Translations under genes and position numbers: made by a program
The notes under the pieces: model-generated
What the model was told of the DNA's origin: nothing
Databases searched by the model: none
Seen by the model: only the letters and a program-made list of their open reading frames with translations
Assembly (NCBI GenBank): GCA_965248445.1
Contig: CBDFJG010000003.1
Coordinates: forward strand, 1,056,001 to 1,120,000
Direction of reading: 5' to 3'
DNA from: Planctomycetota bacterium
Lineage (GTDB): Bacteria; Planctomycetota; JAJSAM01; JAJVHW01
Length of the DNA stretch: 64,000 nucleotides
Shown here: positions 10,616-21,785 of the stretch, one piece after another
How the letters are laid out: the number at the start of each line of letters is the position of its first letter
Position numbering within the stretch: the stretch's first letter is position 1

Positions 10616-11491
10616 GTGAGGATCTCGATCATCATTCCGGCGAAGAACGAGGCGGCGGGGCTTCCCGCCGTCCTCGAACGGCTGCGCACCGTCCTCGCGG
10701 GGCGGCCGGATCACGAGGACCACGAGGTCATCGTCGTGGACGACGGGAGCGACGACGACACAGGTGAGATCGCCGCGCAGCTCGGCGCCCGCGTCGAGCG
10801 GCATCCCTACTCGATCGGCAACGGCGCTGCCGTGAAGACCGGCATGCGCACCGCGCGGGGCGACGTCTTTCTCTGCATGGACGCGGACGGCCAGCACCCC
10901 CCCGAGGACATCCCGCGCCTACTCGACAGTCTGCCCGGCTACGCGATGGTCGTCGGTGCCCGCACGGAGGGCACGGGCACCGGCGTCCATCGCGGCATCG
11001 CCAACGCTGTCTACAACCGCTTCGCCACGTACGTCGTGAAGCGCCCGGTGCCGGACCTGACGAGCGGCTTCCGCGCGATCGACGCCGCCTCCGCGCGGCG
11101 GTTCATCTACCTGCTCCCGAACACGTTCAGCTATCCGACTACGATCACGCTCTCGTTCTTCCGCGCCGGCCTGCCCGTGCGCTACGAACCGATCGAGGCG
11201 CGGGCGCGCCAGGGCAAGAGCCACATCCGGATCGTGCGCGACGGCGTGCGCTTCCTCCTGATCCTCACGAAGATCGCCACGATCTTCAGTCCGATGCGCG
11301 TGTTCCTGCCCATGAGCTTCGCGGCGTTCGTGCTGGGCGCCGGCTGGTATGCGTACACGTTCACCGTGGCGCGACGCTTCACGAACGCGAGCCAGCTCTT
11401 GCTCGTCCTGAGCGTCATCCTGTTCGCGCTCGCCCTGATCTCCGAGCAGGTCGCCGCACTGCGCTTCGACCGCACCGAACGCGAGACGTGA
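10616..11491 (+). CDS. GT2 glycosyltransferase, DPM1-like (polyprenol-phosphate glycosyltransferase type) with C-terminal TM helices
   Basis: IIIPAKNE, VVDDGSDD, MDADGQH and DLTSGFRA motifs. Confidence 0.88.
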   Translation: MRISIIIPAKNEAAGLPAVLERLRTVLAGRPDHEDHEVIVVDDGSDDDTGEIAAQLGARVERHPYSIGNGAAVKTGMRTARGDVFLCMDADGQHPPEDIPRLLDSLPGYAMVVGARTEGTGTGVHRGIANAVYNRFATYVVKRPVPDLTSGFRAIDAASARRFIYLLPNTFSYPTTITLSFFRAGLPVRYEPIEARARQGKSHIRIVRDGVRFLLILTKIATIFSPMRVFLPMSFAAFVLGAGWYAYTFTVARRFTNASQLLLVLSVILFALALISEQVAALRFDRTERET

Positions 11492-12621
11492 CGCCCGCTC
11501 CGCTCCGCTTCCTCTGGTTCGGCTCGTACTCGAAGGGACCGGGCTACCCGCGCAACGAGACGCTGATGGCGGGACTGCGCGCACGCGGCCACGTGGTCGA
11601 AGAGGCGCACGCGCCGCTGTTCGAGGGTGCGGGTGAGCGCGTGGCGCTCGGCGGCGGCGGCGGCGTCGTCAAGACGGCTGCACGCCAGTCGCGCGCCGCC
11701 CTCCGCCTTGCCGGTGCCTGGTTCCGCGCGTCGCCGCACAACGTGGCGGTCGTCGGGAGCGGTGGAGTGGTCGACGTGCCGCTCCTGCGCTTCCTGCAGA
11801 ACATCGACCGCCGTCCGGTCGTGCTCGACGCCTTCGTCCCGCTCTACGACACCGTCGTACGCGACCGTGGCCTGGCGGCGCCGGGTTCGGCGCGAGCTCG
11901 GGTCCTGAGGCGCGCAGAGCGGCTCTCCGGTCGGCTGGCGGACCTCGTGCTGGCGGACACGGGAGAGAACGCGCAACTGGTCGCCGAGGACCTGTCCGTC
12001 CCGCTCGATGACGTGGCGGTCGTGCCGATCGCGCAGCCCGACCCCGGACCACCGGCTGCGCTTCCGGACGGCGGCCCGTTGCGTGTGATCCTGGTCGCTA
12101 CGTACATCCCGCTGCACGGTGTGGAGACCGTCGTCCGGGCTGCTCGGTCGCTCGGCGGGGCCGGGCTCGAGATCACGATCGTCGGCACCGGCCAGCTCCT
12201 TCCCGATGTGAAGCCGCTGGCGGAGGGCGTGGCGGGACTGCAACTCGTGGAGGCATTCGAACCCCCGGAGCGGATCGCGGAGCGGCTGGCGCAGTCTCAC
12301 GTGGGGCTGGGTGTCTTCGGGACGACCGAAAAGGCTGCGCGTGTTGTCCCATTCAAGGCCGTGTTGACGCTCGCGGCGGGGCGGGCCCTGGTGACCCGCG
12401 ACTCACCCGCCGCGCAGGAGGCGCTCGACGGCGCCGCACTGCTGGTGGAGGCCGGCGACCCGCACGGGCTGGCTGCGGCGCTGGCCCGACTGCGCGACGA
12501 CCGTGCGGAGACGGCGCGGCTCGCCGATGCAGGGCGCCGCAGATATGTCGAGCGGTTCACCCCGGAGTCGGCGGCGCGATCGCTCGAGGAGGCGCTGGCC
12601 GCGCGCGGCCTGCTGCCGTGA
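11488..12621 (+). CDS. GT4 glycosyltransferase
   Basis: YPRNETL, YIPLHGVETV and GVFGTTEKAARVVPFK; GTGA overlap with GT2. Confidence 0.8.
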   Translation: MTPAPLRFLWFGSYSKGPGYPRNETLMAGLRARGHVVEEAHAPLFEGAGERVALGGGGGVVKTAARQSRAALRLAGAWFRASPHNVAVVGSGGVVDVPLLRFLQNIDRRPVVLDAFVPLYDTVVRDRGLAAPGSARARVLRRAERLSGRLADLVLADTGENAQLVAEDLSVPLDDVAVVPIAQPDPGPPAALPDGGPLRVILVATYIPLHGVETVVRAARSLGGAGLEITIVGTGQLLPDVKPLAEGVAGLQLVEAFEPPERIAERLAQSHVGLGVFGTTEKAARVVPFKAVLTLAAGRALVTRDSPAAQEALDGAALLVEAGDPHGLAAALARLRDDRAETARLADAGRRRYVERFTPESAARSLEEALAARGLLP

Positions 12622-12622
12622 A

Positions 12623-13669
<1,047 letters not shown>

Positions 13670-13790
13670 AACCTATGCCGATCCACTCGCCGGGGCGTGC
13701 CCGCGACGATCGTCCGGACCTCATCGCCGTGCCGGTACTCATGCACTTCCGCCGCCTCTCCCATCGACCGTCCACCGGCGGGAGTTCAGG

Positions 13791-14900
13791 GTGAAGGTCG
13801 CCTTCGCAGCCGTCACGGGCCGGCAGGGCGGCGCTCGTTCCTACGCGCTGTCGCTGCTCCGTGCGCTCGCGGCGCTGGAGGGTCCGGAGGAGTACGTGCT
13901 GCTCTCGGACACGGAGGTGCCCGAGGAGGAGCGCGGCGGCGTGCGTCGTGTCTCCGTGCCGATGCCCGGAGGCACCCTCGCGCGGCCGCTCGCAGAGGCG
14001 TTGGCGCTGCCCCTCCTCGCCCGCCGGATCGGGGCCGACGTGTTCCACGGTACGAAGCAGACGCTCCCGGCGGGTCTGCGCTGCCCGCGCGTGGTCACGG
14101 TCCTCGACCTTGCGCCGCATCTGTTCCCGCACACGTTCTCCCGCGCCGCCGGCATCTACCTGCGCCACAGCACGGCGGCCGCCGTGCGCCGCGCAGACCA
14201 CGTGCTCGCCATTTCCGATACGACGGCGCGTGACGTCTCCAGTGTGCTCGGCGTCTCTCCGGACCGTGTGACCGTCGTGCCTCTCGGAGTGGACCCGCGG
14301 ATGCTCCGCGTCGTCGATCCTGCGGAGATCGACGAGGTGCGGCGCCGTCACGGCCTGCCCGAGCGCTACGTGCTGACTGTGGGCACGCTGCAGCCGCGCA
14401 AGAACGTCGATGTCGTGCTGGACGCTGTCGAGCGGCTTGCAGATACGGGAGGCGATCCTCCGCTCTACGTCGTCGCGGGACGCGTTGGTTGGATGGTGGA
14501 CGACGTCATCGCGCGACTGAACGCGTCGCCGCTGGGGCGCTTTCTCGGGTCCATTCCAGAGGCCGACCTGCTGCCGCTGCTCGCCGGCGCGACCGTCTTC
14601 CTGTCTCCTTCGTCGTACGAGGGGTTCGGGCTGGCCGTCGCCGAGGCAATGGCTGCAGGGACGGCGGTCATCGCCGGACTCGGGAGCGCGAGCGACGACG
14701 TGGTCGGCGCCGCCGGCGTGCGCGTCGAACCGCGAAGCGTCGAAGCCGTGGCCGATGCGCTCGACTATCTGCTGCGGGACGATGCCGAGCGGACGCGCCT
14801 GGCGGCTGCGGGCCGCGCACGTGTGAAGATCTTCACGTGGGAGCGGACGGCGCGCGGCACGCGCGAGGTGTACCGCCGTGTCGCGAGGGGGACCGCATGA
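13791..14900 (+). CDS. GT4 glycosyltransferase (mannosyltransferase-like)
   Basis: VGTLQPRKN, YEGFGLAVAEAMAAG and FTWERTA; GGAG RBS before GTG 13791. Confidence 0.9.
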   Translation: MKVAFAAVTGRQGGARSYALSLLRALAALEGPEEYVLLSDTEVPEEERGGVRRVSVPMPGGTLARPLAEALALPLLARRIGADVFHGTKQTLPAGLRCPRVVTVLDLAPHLFPHTFSRAAGIYLRHSTAAAVRRADHVLAISDTTARDVSSVLGVSPDRVTVVPLGVDPRMLRVVDPAEIDEVRRRHGLPERYVLTVGTLQPRKNVDVVLDAVERLADTGGDPPLYVVAGRVGWMVDDVIARLNASPLGRFLGSIPEADLLPLLAGATVFLSPSSYEGFGLAVAEAMAAGTAVIAGLGSASDDVVGAAGVRVEPRSVEAVADALDYLLRDDAERTRLAAAGRARVKIFTWERTARGTREVYRRVARGTA

Positions 14901-16966
14901 GCATGATGCGGGAACGGGCCGAGGTGCTGCGTCCGCGGACGGTGCTCCTGCTGCTCGTTCTCGCCGTGCTGGTGACCTACGCGGCCGGGATACTCGCCGG
15001 CGGGTTCCACTTCGATGACCTGCACCACGTGCGCGACAACCCGAGCGTCCGCACACTGGGAAATCCGCTGCCGTTCTACGGAGACGCGTCCCTGTGGAGC
15101 GGGGAGCCCGGCAATCAGATGTACCGCCCGACCGGCATGGTCGTCCACGCGCTGGACTTCGCGGCCTGGAAGACGCTGGCCGGCAACGGACTGCACGGCC
15201 CGGGCTGGGTGCTGACGAACGCTCTGCTGCACGCGTTCGTGTCGTTCCTCGTGTTCCTGCTCGGTACGCGTCTCGGTCTGTCTCGCCTCGCCGCGTTCCT
15301 GGCGGCGCTCGTGATGGCGATGCACCCGTTGCACAGCGAAGTCGTGAACTACGTCTCCGCACGCTCGGAGAGCACGGCGGCGGTGTTCGTGATCCTCGCG
15401 CTGCTCGCGCACTGGAAGGCCCGCACGGCGGTCGGCAGGCGGCGCTGGGCGTTCACGGCGCTCGCCGTGCTGCTCTCGTTCATGGCGATGACGTGCAAGG
15501 AGACAGCGGCCACGTTCTTCGCGGCCGTCGTGTGGATGGAACTCGTCCTCGCAGACGGCGGCGTGGGCGCCCGGATTCGGACCGCGGCGCTGCGCGGAGC
15601 GGTCTACGTGCTGCCTCTGGTCGTGTACTTGCTACTGCGACGCGAGATGATCGGCTTCGCGACGGCACCGATCGTGATGCACGGAGCGGGGGGCATCGAC
15701 CCTCAGATCGGCGGGCATCGCACGTTCAGCGCGAACCTCGCAACGCAGGCGCGCGCGGGCGTGCTGTACCTGCAACTCTGGCTGCGTCCGCTGCGACTCG
15801 CGGCCGACCACGACGTCGGCGCGGTCAGCACGAGCGTACCGGCGGTCGCGGCGGCGGCCCTCCTGCACGTCACGCTCGTCGCCGGCGCGCTGCGCGAGCT
15901 GCTCCGCGGCAAGCGCCTGCTGCCACTGGCGGTCGGCTGGGCGTACATCTTCGTCCTGCCCAGCACCTTGATCCCGTTGAACGTCGTGATGAACGAGCAC
16001 CGCATGTACCTGCCGGGGATCGCGGTGGCGCTGCTCGCCGGTGCCGCGCTGGCGCGGGTCTTCCAGGTGCTGGCGACGGAACGGAGTCGGGGACTCGCCA
16101 TCGCAGCAACGGCGCTTCCGCTGTGCCTCTTCGCGGTGCTGGCCGCCGATCGCAGCCTCGAATGGCGCGACGACGCGACCCTGTGGAGCAGCGCGGCGAA
16201 GCGCAGCCCGCTCTCGGCGCGTGCGCATATGCACGTCGGCGCCGCGTACCACCTGAACGCGCAGAGCGTCTCGGGCGAGGACGCGGTGTCCGAACTCGAC
16301 CGTGCGCTGACGTCGTACGCGCGCGCGGACGAACTCCACCCCGGTTGGTACGACTTGCAGTTGAACCTCGGCGGCGCGTGGCTCGCGCGGGGCCGCCAGT
16401 CGCAGGACGACGCAGACTTCCAGCGCGCGCTCGACGCCTACGTCGCGGCCGGCCGGATCGTGGGTGAGAACAAGGAGCGGCCGCGGTTCCTGCAGTCCGC
16501 AGCGCTGACTGAACTCCGCCGCTACGACGATGCTGTGCGCATCCTCACCGAGATGGACGAGGCGGACGACGACGTCACGACCATCTACGACGACGCGATC
16601 GCCAGGGCGCTGCGCAAGAAGGGCGACCGCGCCGGAGCGGCGCGGCACATGGCGCGCGTCATCGAGATCGAAGAGCCGATCGATCGGGCCGAGGGCCTGC
16701 TAACGCTCGGCTGGTGGTACTTCGAGGACGGCGACCTGTCGCGCTCAGAACAGATGCTCAGCCGCGCTCTGGCGATCGGGAAGAGAAAGGGCCAGTTCAA
16801 GCCCTTCCTCTACATCGCGCGCTTCCTGAACGTGGTCGGTCAGCCGGGCGCCGGCGAGTTCGTTGACAGCGCGAAGAAGCTCGGCTGGCGCGCGCTTCCA
16901 CGAGAGGTGACGTGGGTCGAGGGCGGTCCGACGCCGGGCGCGCGGACCACCCTCCGGAAGCCGTAG
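14897..16966 (+). CDS. TMTC-like GT-C membrane glycosyltransferase with C-terminal TPR-like region
   Basis: FHFDD..VRDNP, MYRP, HPLHSEVVNYVSARSE, CKE and MNEHRMYLP; many TM helices then helical repeats; ATGA overlap with GT4. Confidence 0.8.
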   Translation: MSMMRERAEVLRPRTVLLLLVLAVLVTYAAGILAGGFHFDDLHHVRDNPSVRTLGNPLPFYGDASLWSGEPGNQMYRPTGMVVHALDFAAWKTLAGNGLHGPGWVLTNALLHAFVSFLVFLLGTRLGLSRLAAFLAALVMAMHPLHSEVVNYVSARSESTAAVFVILALLAHWKARTAVGRRRWAFTALAVLLSFMAMTCKETAATFFAAVVWMELVLADGGVGARIRTAALRGAVYVLPLVVYLLLRREMIGFATAPIVMHGAGGIDPQIGGHRTFSANLATQARAGVLYLQLWLRPLRLAADHDVGAVSTSVPAVAAAALLHVTLVAGALRELLRGKRLLPLAVGWAYIFVLPSTLIPLNVVMNEHRMYLPGIAVALLAGAALARVFQVLATERSRGLAIAATALPLCLFAVLAADRSLEWRDDATLWSSAAKRSPLSARAHMHVGAAYHLNAQSVSGEDAVSELDRALTSYARADELHPGWYDLQLNLGGAWLARGRQSQDDADFQRALDAYVAAGRIVGENKERPRFLQSAALTELRRYDDAVRILTEMDEADDDVTTIYDDAIARALRKKGDRAGAARHMARVIEIEEPIDRAEGLLTLGWWYFEDGDLSRSEQMLSRALAIGKRKGQFKPFLYIARFLNVVGQPGAGEFVDSAKKLGWRALPREVTWVEGGPTPGARTTLRKP

Positions 16967-16986
16967 TACTTCAGAGTTCGAGGAGG

Positions 16987-19209
16987 TCAGCCGCCGAACG
17001 AGAGCATCTCGCCGTCGACCTCGATCACGACGCGCCCGAGCACGAGGAACTTCGCGAGCCACTCGTGCTTGCGGATCAGCGCGAAGTACTCGTCGCCGAA
17101 CGGTGCGACCGCGCGCGGGGCCTTCTCGGTCTTCGCCTTCGCGTCCCACCACATCGCGCCGCGCTGGACGAACGTCCGTCCGTGCACGTGCTTCACGAGC
17201 GAGTCGCGTACGTCCTTGCCGCCCGCTGCCTCGCCGTCACGATCGCCACGGAACTCGGACAGGGACTTCGCCTCCTTGGAGAAGTCGACCGCGCCTTGGC
17301 CGCTCTCCGCGTCCTCGGCCTCACCGGCGCCACCGGCGTCGCGGCTCACGCGCTCGCGCGCGGCGTCCTCTTCCGGTGTGGGCGCACGCGCGCCCGGCGG
17401 CCTCGGACCGCTGCCGCCGCCGGCGCGGCCGAAGAAGTGCCGTCCGCCGCCGGTCGTCGGTCCGTCAGTCGGCACGATCGCGTCGTCCTCGAGGATCAGA
17501 TAGCTCGTGTAGGGCGTGACGATCCCGTACTGCTTGGCCAGGCGCACGACCTCGTCCTTCAGCTCGCCGCTCTCTCCGTGCAGACGGATCTCGTCGAGTA
17601 GGAAGCCCACGCGGCGCACCGCCCACAGGCGGGGCAGGAACGTGTTCCGCTCCTCGCGCTCGGGCAGCACGAACTCCTCGACGATCCGCACGTCCTTGCC
17701 CCGGACCTTGCCGCGTAGGTCCATGGTCAGGTGCCCGCCGTTCGCGAACCGTCCGGTGACGAGCACCTCGGAGCCGTGGAACAGGTCCGGCAGCTTCCGC
17801 GGGTGCACGGCCGTGATCGCCGGGCCCGCGAAGGTGAGCTGGATGTCGGTCATCGCCGGGCGCGAGAGCTTCTCGTAGATGTTCGAGACCTTGACCTCGA
17901 TGTTCTCGGACTCGGCGACGTAGTCGCGTGTGCCGCGGCTCTCGGCGGCCACCCGGTCGAGCAGCTTGGTGTTGACGTCGTTGCCGACTCCGAACACGAA
18001 TACGCGGGCCGCTCCCAGCGCGCCCTTGGCGCGCTGCACGATGGTGTTGGCGTCGGTCTGGCCGATGGTCGGCATGCCGTCGGTCACGAAGAGAACCAAC
18101 TGTGGTCGATCCCCCTGGCGCTCCTTCGAGAGCATTCCGAGCGACACCTGGAGGGCGTCGTCGATGGCGGTTCCACCTCGGGCGACCAGCGTGTCCACGA
18201 ATGCGTCCGCGGCAGTTCGTTCGATCGAACTCGCGCCCGCGAGCACCGGCCGCGGTTCCGTCGAGAACGGGACGATCCCGAAGCGATCTTCCGGGCCGAG
18301 GCTTCGCAGGCAGTAGCGCAGCGCACCACGGGCCTGCTCCATCTTCTCGCCGGCCATGCTGCCCGACGTGTCGACGACGAACACGACGTCCTTCGGCATC
18401 GGCCGCGTGTTCTCGTCGCTGCGCGGCGCCAGAACGAGCAGGAACGTGCCGTCCTCCGCGATGCGATGCGTCACGAGCGATGCGCCGACGTCCTTCTTGG
18501 TGGGGCGCCAGTACAGGTGGAAGTCCCGGTCCGGCGTCACGTTGCGGGCTTCCCAGCCAACTCGTACGCGGTTGCCGAGTGTGCTCGGCACGTCGACATC
18601 GTGCGTCGGACTGAACACGGCGGTGATCGGTGCATCGTCCTCGATCGTCACGTCGAGACTCACGTGCTCGAGCGGCTTGCTCGAGAACTTCTCTGTGCTC
18701 AGCTGGTAGCTGTACGCAACCGTGCCGTTGTCGCCGGAGAGGACCTCCGCGTAGCGCAGGCGCACGCGCTTCTCGGAGCGCGGCTCGATCGGGAAGATGC
18801 GCGCCTTGAACGCGCCGCGTCCCACGTACTCGAGCAGCGCCGGGTCCTGCTGGCGGCGCACGATGTCCTCGTAGATCCGCCGCGCTTTGCCGGCGTCGAG
18901 CAGTTCCGCGACGAGCTCCTTGCCGTCGAGCCACATTCCGAAGTGGTCCATCGCGGCGCCCTCGGGGAGGGGGAACAGGTAGGTGCCCTCGACGCGGTGG
19001 TTGTTCGGGTTGACGAAGACCTGGTCCACCTCGGTGATCGCCACGCGGCCGTCGATCTTGACGGTGACGCGGTGGTTCTTCACCGCCAGCGGGATGTTCC
19101 GGACGCTGGGGCGGTCCGGGGGGTGGGGGGCGATGATGATCAAGCCGTCCGCGAGGGCAGTGCCCGATCCGAGCACGAGGAAGGCGGCGGCGAGGGCGAA
19201 TGGGCGCAT
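16987..19209 (-). CDS. Secreted VIT + vWA domain protein
   Basis: Signal peptide; EGTYLFPLP and RRQQDPALLEY (VIT); DTSGSM MIDAS, GGT and TDG (vWA); IVTPYTSYL. Confidence 0.9.
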   Translation of the reverse strand: MRPFALAAAFLVLGSGTALADGLIIIAPHPPDRPSVRNIPLAVKNHRVTVKIDGRVAITEVDQVFVNPNNHRVEGTYLFPLPEGAAMDHFGMWLDGKELVAELLDAGKARRIYEDIVRRQQDPALLEYVGRGAFKARIFPIEPRSEKRVRLRYAEVLSGDNGTVAYSYQLSTEKFSSKPLEHVSLDVTIEDDAPITAVFSPTHDVDVPSTLGNRVRVGWEARNVTPDRDFHLYWRPTKKDVGASLVTHRIAEDGTFLLVLAPRSDENTRPMPKDVVFVVDTSGSMAGEKMEQARGALRYCLRSLGPEDRFGIVPFSTEPRPVLAGASSIERTAADAFVDTLVARGGTAIDDALQVSLGMLSKERQGDRPQLVLFVTDGMPTIGQTDANTIVQRAKGALGAARVFVFGVGNDVNTKLLDRVAAESRGTRDYVAESENIEVKVSNIYEKLSRPAMTDIQLTFAGPAITAVHPRKLPDLFHGSEVLVTGRFANGGHLTMDLRGKVRGKDVRIVEEFVLPEREERNTFLPRLWAVRRVGFLLDEIRLHGESGELKDEVVRLAKQYGIVTPYTSYLILEDDAIVPTDGPTTGGGRHFFGRAGGGSGPRPPGARAPTPEEDAARERVSRDAGGAGEAEDAESGQGAVDFSKEAKSLSEFRGDRDGEAAGGKDVRDSLVKHVHGRTFVQRGAMWWDAKAKTEKAPRAVAPFGDEYFALIRKHEWLAKFLVLGRVVIEVDGEMLSFGG

Positions 19210-19286
19210 GGGGAACCTCCGGTCTGGTTCCTTGGATGCGCTGGGGCGGCCGGAGTTCCCGCCCATGCCGGAAGAAGAGGCGGAAG

Positions 19287-19778
19287 CTAGCCGCCGTCCT
19301 TGTGCACGCAGGCCTCGCAGAGCAGGTGGAGCGTGTAGGTGCCGTCGTCGTTGCGCCGGGTCAGGCGGGCGCTGGCGGCGTTCTTCTCGCATTCCTGGCA
19401 GGCGCGGGCCTTCAACTTCTCAGCGTGCTCGGCGGCGACCTTGGCGATGACCTGGGCCATCAGAGCCTTCTTCTGGGCCACCGGGAGTTTGCTGAGGAGC
19501 TTGGCCAGAGCCTGCTTGTCGACGACGCCCTCCGGCAGGATCTGGACCTGCGCCGACAGCGCCACGCGCCCCCGCCGCTTCTCCTCCCGGGCGACCCAGC
19601 GGCGCCAGCGGCGCACGGCCACGACGCGCTCGTCGTCATCGGCGCTCCACCGGAAGTCGAGCCGCTCCTGGGTGAGGATCGCGAGCAGCTCGATCGCATC
19701 ACGCCGGTCGAACGCGTCGTCGCTCTCGAGGCGCGCGACGAGCCGCTGCACCGTCGTCAGATCCACTTCGTCCGTCAC
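19287..19778 (-). CDS. Hypothetical protein with HEAT-like N-terminus and McsA-like Zn finger C-terminus
   Basis: RRDAIELL helix pair; C-terminal CQEC...HLLCEAC. Confidence 0.6.
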   Translation of the reverse strand: MTDEVDLTTVQRLVARLESDDAFDRRDAIELLAILTQERLDFRWSADDDERVVAVRRWRRWVAREEKRRGRVALSAQVQILPEGVVDKQALAKLLSKLPVAQKKALMAQVIAKVAAEHAEKLKARACQECEKNAASARLTRRNDDGTYTLHLLCEACVHKDGG

Positions 19779-19842
19779 TCTGTCTGTTCTATCGGACGTT
19801 TACGGCCCGGCCAGAGGGAAGAAGCGGAGCGAAGAGACGCTT

Positions 19843-20844
19843 TCAGCCCGCCCGGCAGGCCGCGAGAACCTCGGCTGCAACGTCGTCTGGGGTGATCCCG
19901 TCGGCCTCGCCCTCGAAGTTGAGGAGCACCCTGTGGCGCAGCACCGCCGGCGCCAGCGAGCGGAGGTCGTCCTCGGACACGTTCGCCCGGCCCTTGGCCA
20001 GCGCGCGGGCCTTGGACGCCAGCGTGAGCCAGACCGCTGCCCGCGGGCTCGCACCGTGGCGCACCACACGCCGCACGAGGTCCGGCGCGGACGCCGAGGA
20101 CGCGTGGGTCGCGAGCACGAGACGGCCCACGAACTCGCGCAGATGGGGTGCCAGCGCAACCTCGCGAACCAGCGCCTGCATTCCGAGCACCGTCTCCGCA
20201 TCCGTCACGCAGGGGACGGGGGAAGGCGTCGCTCCCGTGGTGCGGTCCACGATCTCGAGAAGTTCGGACAGGGGTGGGACACCGACCCGCACGAGGAGCG
20301 CGAACCGATCCAGCTGCGCCTCGGGGAGCGCGTACGTGCCCTCCATCTCGAGCGGGTTCTGCGTCGCGAGCACGAAGAACGGCTGCGGCAACTCGTGTGT
20401 GTGCCGCGCGACCGTCACGCGCCGCTCCTCCATCGCCTCGAGGAGCGCGGACTGCGTCTTCGGCGTTGCGCGGTTGATCTCGTCGGCCAACAGGACGCTG
20501 GCGAACACCGGTCCCCGCCGGAACTCGAACGACGTGCCGCCGCCCGGCCGTTCGACGAGCATGTCGGTGCCGAGGACGTCGGCGGGCATCAGGTCCGGCG
20601 TGAACTGGATGCGTCCGTACGGCAGGCCGAGCGCGGAGGCCAGACTGCGGCACAGCAGCGTCTTGCCGACACCCGGCACGCCCTCGAGCAGGCAATGCCC
20701 GCCGGCGACGACGGCGACCATGACCTGCTCGACCACGTCGTCGAGACCCACGACGGCGTTGCCGACGGCCGTGCGCACGTCGGTCCACACCTCGGCGAAC
20801 CGAGCAGGATCCACGGGCCGCGGCGGCTTCGCCGTGGCCGTCAA
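19843..20844 (-). CDS. MoxR-family AAA+ ATPase
   Basis: LEGVPGVGKT, RIQFTPDLMPAD, DEINRATPKTQSALLEAM and ATQNP; TTGA overlap with the tatD stop (start inferred). Confidence 0.92.
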   Translation of the reverse strand: MTATAKPPRPVDPARFAEVWTDVRTAVGNAVVGLDDVVEQVMVAVVAGGHCLLEGVPGVGKTLLCRSLASALGLPYGRIQFTPDLMPADVLGTDMLVERPGGGTSFEFRRGPVFASVLLADEINRATPKTQSALLEAMEERRVTVARHTHELPQPFFVLATQNPLEMEGTYALPEAQLDRFALLVRVGVPPLSELLEIVDRTTGATPSPVPCVTDAETVLGMQALVREVALAPHLREFVGRLVLATHASSASAPDLVRRVVRHGASPRAAVWLTLASKARALAKGRANVSEDDLRSLAPAVLRHRVLLNFEGEADGITPDDVAAEVLAACRAG

Positions 20845-21632
20845 GCGAGCACCTTCGGGTCGAGTCCGAATGCCGCGAGCGTGTTCTGCTCGGTCAGGCT
20901 CTCGATCTCGGTGAGCGGCATCGAGAGTTCGCGCGCCAGCCGCTCTGCGGTGTGCACGACGAACGCCGGTTCGTTCCGCTTCCCGCGGTGCGGCTCGGGG
21001 GTCAGGTAGGGACAGTCCGTCTCGACCATCAGCCGATCGTGCGGGACGACGTGCGCTGCGTCCCGCAGGTTCTGGGCGTTCTTGAAGGTGAGCACGCCGG
21101 AGAAGCTGACATGGAAGCCCAGCTCGACGGACTTCTTCGCGTCGTCGGGGCCCCCGCTGAAGCAGTGCATGACACCCCGGAGAGGACCGTGTGCGGACTC
21201 GTCCTCCAGGATGCGGAAGAGCTCCGGGTACGTCTCGCGGTTGTGGATCACGAGCGGCAGACCGGTATCCCGCGACAGCGCGACGTGGCGGCGCAGCAAC
21301 CGCTCCTGGAGTTCCATCGGCACCTCGTTCCACGGCCCGCGATCCAGGCCGCACTCGCCGATCGCGACGACCTTCGGCCGGGCGGCGAGTGCGACGATCC
21401 CGTCCCACTGGGCCTCCCAGTCCTGGCCGGCTTCGTGGGGGTGGATGCCAACCGTCGCGTAGACGTCGGCCTCCTGCGCCGCGAGTTCCACGCTGCGCTC
21501 GGAGCCCGGCAGGTCGCACCCCACGTTGACGATCAGGCGCACGCCGGCGCTGCGCGCGCGCGCGAGCACCGCGTCCCGGTCCTGGTCGAACCGGTGCATG
21601 TCGACGTGGGCGTGGGAGTCGATCAAGGGCAC
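20841..21632 (-). CDS. tatD: TatD-family hydrolase/DNase
   Basis: IDSHAH, GIHPH, AIGECGLD, HCFSG and ETDCPYL. Confidence 0.93.
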   Translation of the reverse strand: MPLIDSHAHVDMHRFDQDRDAVLARARSAGVRLIVNVGCDLPGSERSVELAAQEADVYATVGIHPHEAGQDWEAQWDGIVALAARPKVVAIGECGLDRGPWNEVPMELQERLLRRHVALSRDTGLPLVIHNRETYPELFRILEDESAHGPLRGVMHCFSGGPDDAKKSVELGFHVSFSGVLTFKNAQNLRDAAHVVPHDRLMVETDCPYLTPEPHRGKRNEPAFVVHTAERLARELSMPLTEIESLTEQNTLAAFGLDPKVLA

Positions 21633-21785
21633 CTCGCGGAGAGAGCGGAGGAGAACACGCCCGCAGCCACGGAACGAAGGACAGAAGCCCGTGCGAGTGG
21701 ATCGAAGTCTCGACGCCCCGGACGCCCATGAACGCGCCCTGGGCGATTCCTCCCCAGACACGGGGGGCGGTTAGAACCTCTGTCC

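Noticed and set aside
19789..19817. Additional copy of the CCGAT promoter motif before the Zn finger gene
   Set aside because: TCCGATAG is present but there is no TCAAG-like element at the 16-nt spacing
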